From Blastocatellales bacterium (GTDB lineage Bacteria > Acidobacteriota > Blastocatellia > RBC074), in contig JBFWXQ010000001.1 in NCBI GenBank assembly GCA_050187295.1, positions 27,574 to 91,573 on the forward strand: a stretch of 64,000 bases of DNA. Direction: 5' to 3'. The notes beneath the pieces were generated by a model, which did not search any database, had not been told where the DNA came from, and saw only the letters and a list, made by a program, of their open reading frames with translations. The position numbers and the translations under genes are program-made. Every line of letters begins with the position of its first letter. Position 1 is the first letter of the stretch. Below are positions 61,614 through 64,000 of this stretch, piece by piece.

Positions 61614-63399
61614 CGGCAATTGAAACCGTGTTGCTAATCACGCCATTTCGCATTGCTGCCAGCTTGTGCTCGCCCGGAGTTATACCCATCGGAAAGACTA
61701 TGTTCAGTTGGTTTAGTCCTGTGAAACCAGGAGCGCGACCGGCATAGGTAATGGTTACAGGTTGACCGTCGATTGTCGCCTCAACGCTTGCTGCCAGATT
61801 GGCGTCAATGTCAGTTCCATCCTTACCCAGGCCGGTGCAGAAAACCGCTATGATGTTTGGCTGCCCATCGCTGCGAGAGGCATTGAACGGCCCGCCTGTA
61901 AACGTGAAAGCATCCAGAGCCGCCGCCGCCCCGCGACCGCTGGCGTCCAGCGTAAAGATGGAAATTGCGCTTTGGGCGATGATCACTGCGCCATTGACCG
62001 TCAGACCATTACCATTGGTGAATTTAACCAACGCTGGGCCGGGCGCTGTATCCGCCGGAATCTGGTAATTGATCTGGTTTGGCGAGATGAAAAACAAAGG
62101 GGCGAATCGCTCGACACCTTTGAAATCCGTCACGGAGATCATGGAACCGCCAAGCGAAAGCGGCAAAGGGGATATGTTTGCCGCCAGCGTCGAAGCCGCC
62201 AGATTTATTCCAAAAGCCGAAACGATTGATTTGTCCGCAATTGCCGAAAAGCTGTAGCTGGCGGCTGAGACAGTGCTCGGGCCGGCCATCGCCGCCGTTG
62301 TATCAACAATAAACAATCCGCCATCAAGGTCGCTCAGCAATACACGGTCAAATCCGAGAAACGGGTAAACTCCCCAGCAGCCGTCAAAGCCATTTACCGA
62401 ACCAGGAAAAGTGTCATAAGTGCTAACCAGCCTGGGCTGGTGCGGGTTGGAAATATCAATGATGACCAATCCGGCCTGATACCAGGAAACGAACAGCAGA
62501 TTACCAATAATGTATGGATTATGCGCGGTGAAGGCATCCAGCCCCAACGATTGAGCGGAAATTGCCGAGAGCAAAACAGGATTGGCCGGATTTGAGATGT
62601 CGAATAGCCGAACATCGCCATTGGCTGTTTCGCGGGCACTGGCCAGCAATTTGCCGTCATTGCCTGGCCAGCTGGCGTGTGAGTTGGGGCCTGAATCAAT
62701 CGAACCGAGCAGTGCAGGCGCGGCATTCAACACATTGCTGACATCGTAAATGTCAGTCTTTCCACTCCAGCCTGAAGTGAAAAGCCTTCCATTGACGGCG
62801 ATGGGCGCATGTATGAATCGCGTGTCGGTCGTCTGAATGTCTCGAACAAATCGCGGATTGCGCGGATCGCGCACGTCGAAAACCTTGATGATGTTTGTCC
62901 GCGAATCGGCTTCATAAAGAACCCCGTCGGCGACGAATAACTCATGCACGTTGGGGAAACCGTTTTGCTCCTGAGAGATCTGACTGAGCAGAGTTGGATT
63001 GGCTGGATTGCTGACATCAACGATATGAAGTCCGCCGCGGTTTTCGCTGGAAAAATAACCTACGCCGTTGATGACCATCACATCCTGGAATCGTCCGCCT
63101 TCCGCAGGGTTGTAATGGCCAACCATTCGCGGCGTGGCCGGGTTGGAGATGTCAATTATCATCACCCCATTGCCGTTGTAAGAACCCAGATAAGCGTAAT
63201 TGCCCTCTCCCCACACGTCGCCATATCGGTTGTCGCCGTCGAAAGGATCAAGATGACCAATCAGTTTGATTGTCGCCTGGGCATTGGCGGTCGTAGCCAA
63301 AAGAACAGCCACCAACACGCTGAGCGTAATGGTGGCAAAGCGAAATGTGGATTTGGGAAGCATGAGCTTACAACCTCTGAACATTGGAATTGCCTGCAT
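61606..63399 (-). CDS. Secreted LVIVD-repeat beta-propeller protein with a TIGR03437-like Acidobacteria C-terminal domain
   Basis: Signal peptide. Six or more 'G(V/L)xI(I/V)D(I/V)SNPxxP' blades. C-terminus 'TITYAGRAPGFTGLNQLNIVFPMG…SNTVSIAVK'. Confidence 0.6.
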   Translation of the reverse strand: MQAIPMFRGCKLMLPKSTFRFATITLSVLVAVLLATTANAQATIKLIGHLDPFDGDNRYGDVWGEGNYAYLGSYNGNGVMIIDISNPATPRMVGHYNPAEGGRFQDVMVINGVGYFSSENRGGLHIVDVSNPANPTLLSQISQEQNGFPNVHELFVADGVLYEADSRTNIIKVFDVRDPRNPRFVRDIQTTDTRFIHAPIAVNGRLFTSGWSGKTDIYDVSNVLNAAPALLGSIDSGPNSHASWPGNDGKLLASARETANGDVRLFDISNPANPVLLSAISAQSLGLDAFTAHNPYIIGNLLFVSWYQAGLVIIDISNPHQPRLVSTYDTFPGSVNGFDGCWGVYPFLGFDRVLLSDLDGGLFIVDTTAAMAGPSTVSAASYSFSAIADKSIVSAFGINLAASTLAANISPLPLSLGGSMISVTDFKGVERFAPLFFISPNQINYQIPADTAPGPALVKFTNGNGLTVNGAVIIAQSAISIFTLDASGRGAAAALDAFTFTGGPFNASRSDGQPNIIAVFCTGLGKDGTDIDANLAASVEATIDGQPVTITYAGRAPGFTGLNQLNIVFPMGITPGEHKLAAMRNGVISNTVSIAVK

Positions 63400-63449
63400 G
63401 CTCCATTTTTATCATTGCGGAGTGCCGGTTTTCGAGTGCGGCGATCCAA

Positions 63450-64000
63450 TCAGGGATTCGGCACAGAACTTTGCAAACGGACGTAACTGACGATCCACGA
63501 CAAATGGCTATATCGAGCAAAGCGTATGTTTTTGTTCTGCAATCCGAACTCTTTGGACACAGTTCTCAAAATTTCGGCTCCGGCAATCAGATTACGAGGT
63601 GAATAAGTGTTGCGGATGGTTTCAATGTCCATTTCGACTTCCGCGCGCAACTGGCGATTCGAAATTCGTCTGGTCAGGTCTGGGTAAAGAAGTTTTTGCA
63701 ATGAGTCCGGGTCTTTCGTCACTGCTCGGTAAAACATTTCGATTTCGTCGGCGGTGATTGGGGTTAAAGTCCGGCGATCGTCCGGGCGCATCAATGTCAC
63801 CATCGCCCAAACTATGCCGCCGGTTAGATAAACGCGCTGGCGGTTGATCAGTCCCGGTTTGCGTTCCATCTCCTTTCGCAATTCCGAACGAATGGATGAA
63901 GGGCTTAACTCTCTGGCCTTCCTGACGAAATCGATCTGATCGCCCTGGTCGCCTACTGCGTCATTGATTTCGTTGGTGAAAGTAACCGTTCCTTTTGGAA
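63450..64000 (-). CDS. Hypothetical protein, 5'-truncated at the window end
   Basis: The minus-strand frame stays open from 63881 to nt 64000 ('PKGTVTFTNEINDAVGDQGDQIDFVRKARELSPSSIRSEL…'). The ORF-track TTG start is therefore internal. No confident family assignment. Confidence 0.4.
   Translation of the reverse strand, partial: PKGTVTFTNEINDAVGDQGDQIDFVRKARELSPSSIRSELRKEMERKPGLINRQRVYLTGGIVWAMVTLMRPDDRRTLTPITADEIEMFYRAVTKDPDSLQKLLYPDLTRRISNRQLRAEVEMDIETIRNTYSPRNLIAGAEILRTVSKEFGLQNKNIRFARYSHLSWIVSYVRLQSSVPNP

Overview
This 64-kb window looks like chromosomal DNA from an Acidobacteria-type soil bacterium, with about 57 % GC. The lineage call rests on TIGR03437- and TIGR03436-like domains, many FG-GAP-type propellers and the hopanoid gene hpnJ. 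No rRNA, tRNA or CRISPR array was recognised.

**Main content, 5' to 3':**
- A 5'-truncated giant secreted protein of more than 2,350 aa, built from FG-GAP repeats and Ig-like modules, with near-identical ~1.9-kb internal duplications.
- Two paralogous complex II operons arranged divergently around a LysR regulator: a B. subtilis-type sdhCAB on the minus strand and an E. coli-type four-subunit frdABCD-like operon on the plus strand.
- An isolated MreB-like ATPase next to a metallophosphoesterase.
- A secreted-protein gene whose signal peptide is out of frame with the body at a G6 tract.
- A Kelch-like propeller protein and an outer-membrane-like protein.
- A six-hairpin glycosidase gene flanked by a HIT-family gene and a frameshifted partial copy of that same HIT gene.
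- hpnJ and a squalene-synthase-family gene (hopanoid context).
- An alpha/beta hydrolase and a cupin protein.
- Two tandem, translationally coupled PIN-toxin/antitoxin pairs.
- Two acyl-CoA ligases, a DUF2059 protein and a phosphotriesterase-family hydrolase.
- A 1,107-aa NACHT/STAND NTPase carrying C-terminal pentapeptide repeats and an acidic tail, bracketed by palindromic MITE-like repeats.
- A 1.2-kb repeat-rich non-coding stretch containing a ~190-nt GC-rich structured-RNA candidate and duplicated promoter-like boxes upstream of acnA.
- acnA and trmL.
- A secreted peptidase cluster: an M14 carboxypeptidase and an S8 subtilase, each fused to a C-terminal FG-GAP-like propeller ending in GVR, then an Acidobacteria-type VWA protein and an S9 peptidase.
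- A DinB-like protein, a Tat-exported Gfo/Idh/MocA oxidoreductase, a sigma-54 response regulator, an AlaX-L editing protein, an LVIVD-propeller protein and a 5'-truncated gene at the window end.

The most system-like candidate is the NACHT–pentapeptide STAND gene, which is flanked by mobile-looking repeats and has toxin–antitoxin modules and the repeat-rich non-coding region nearby.
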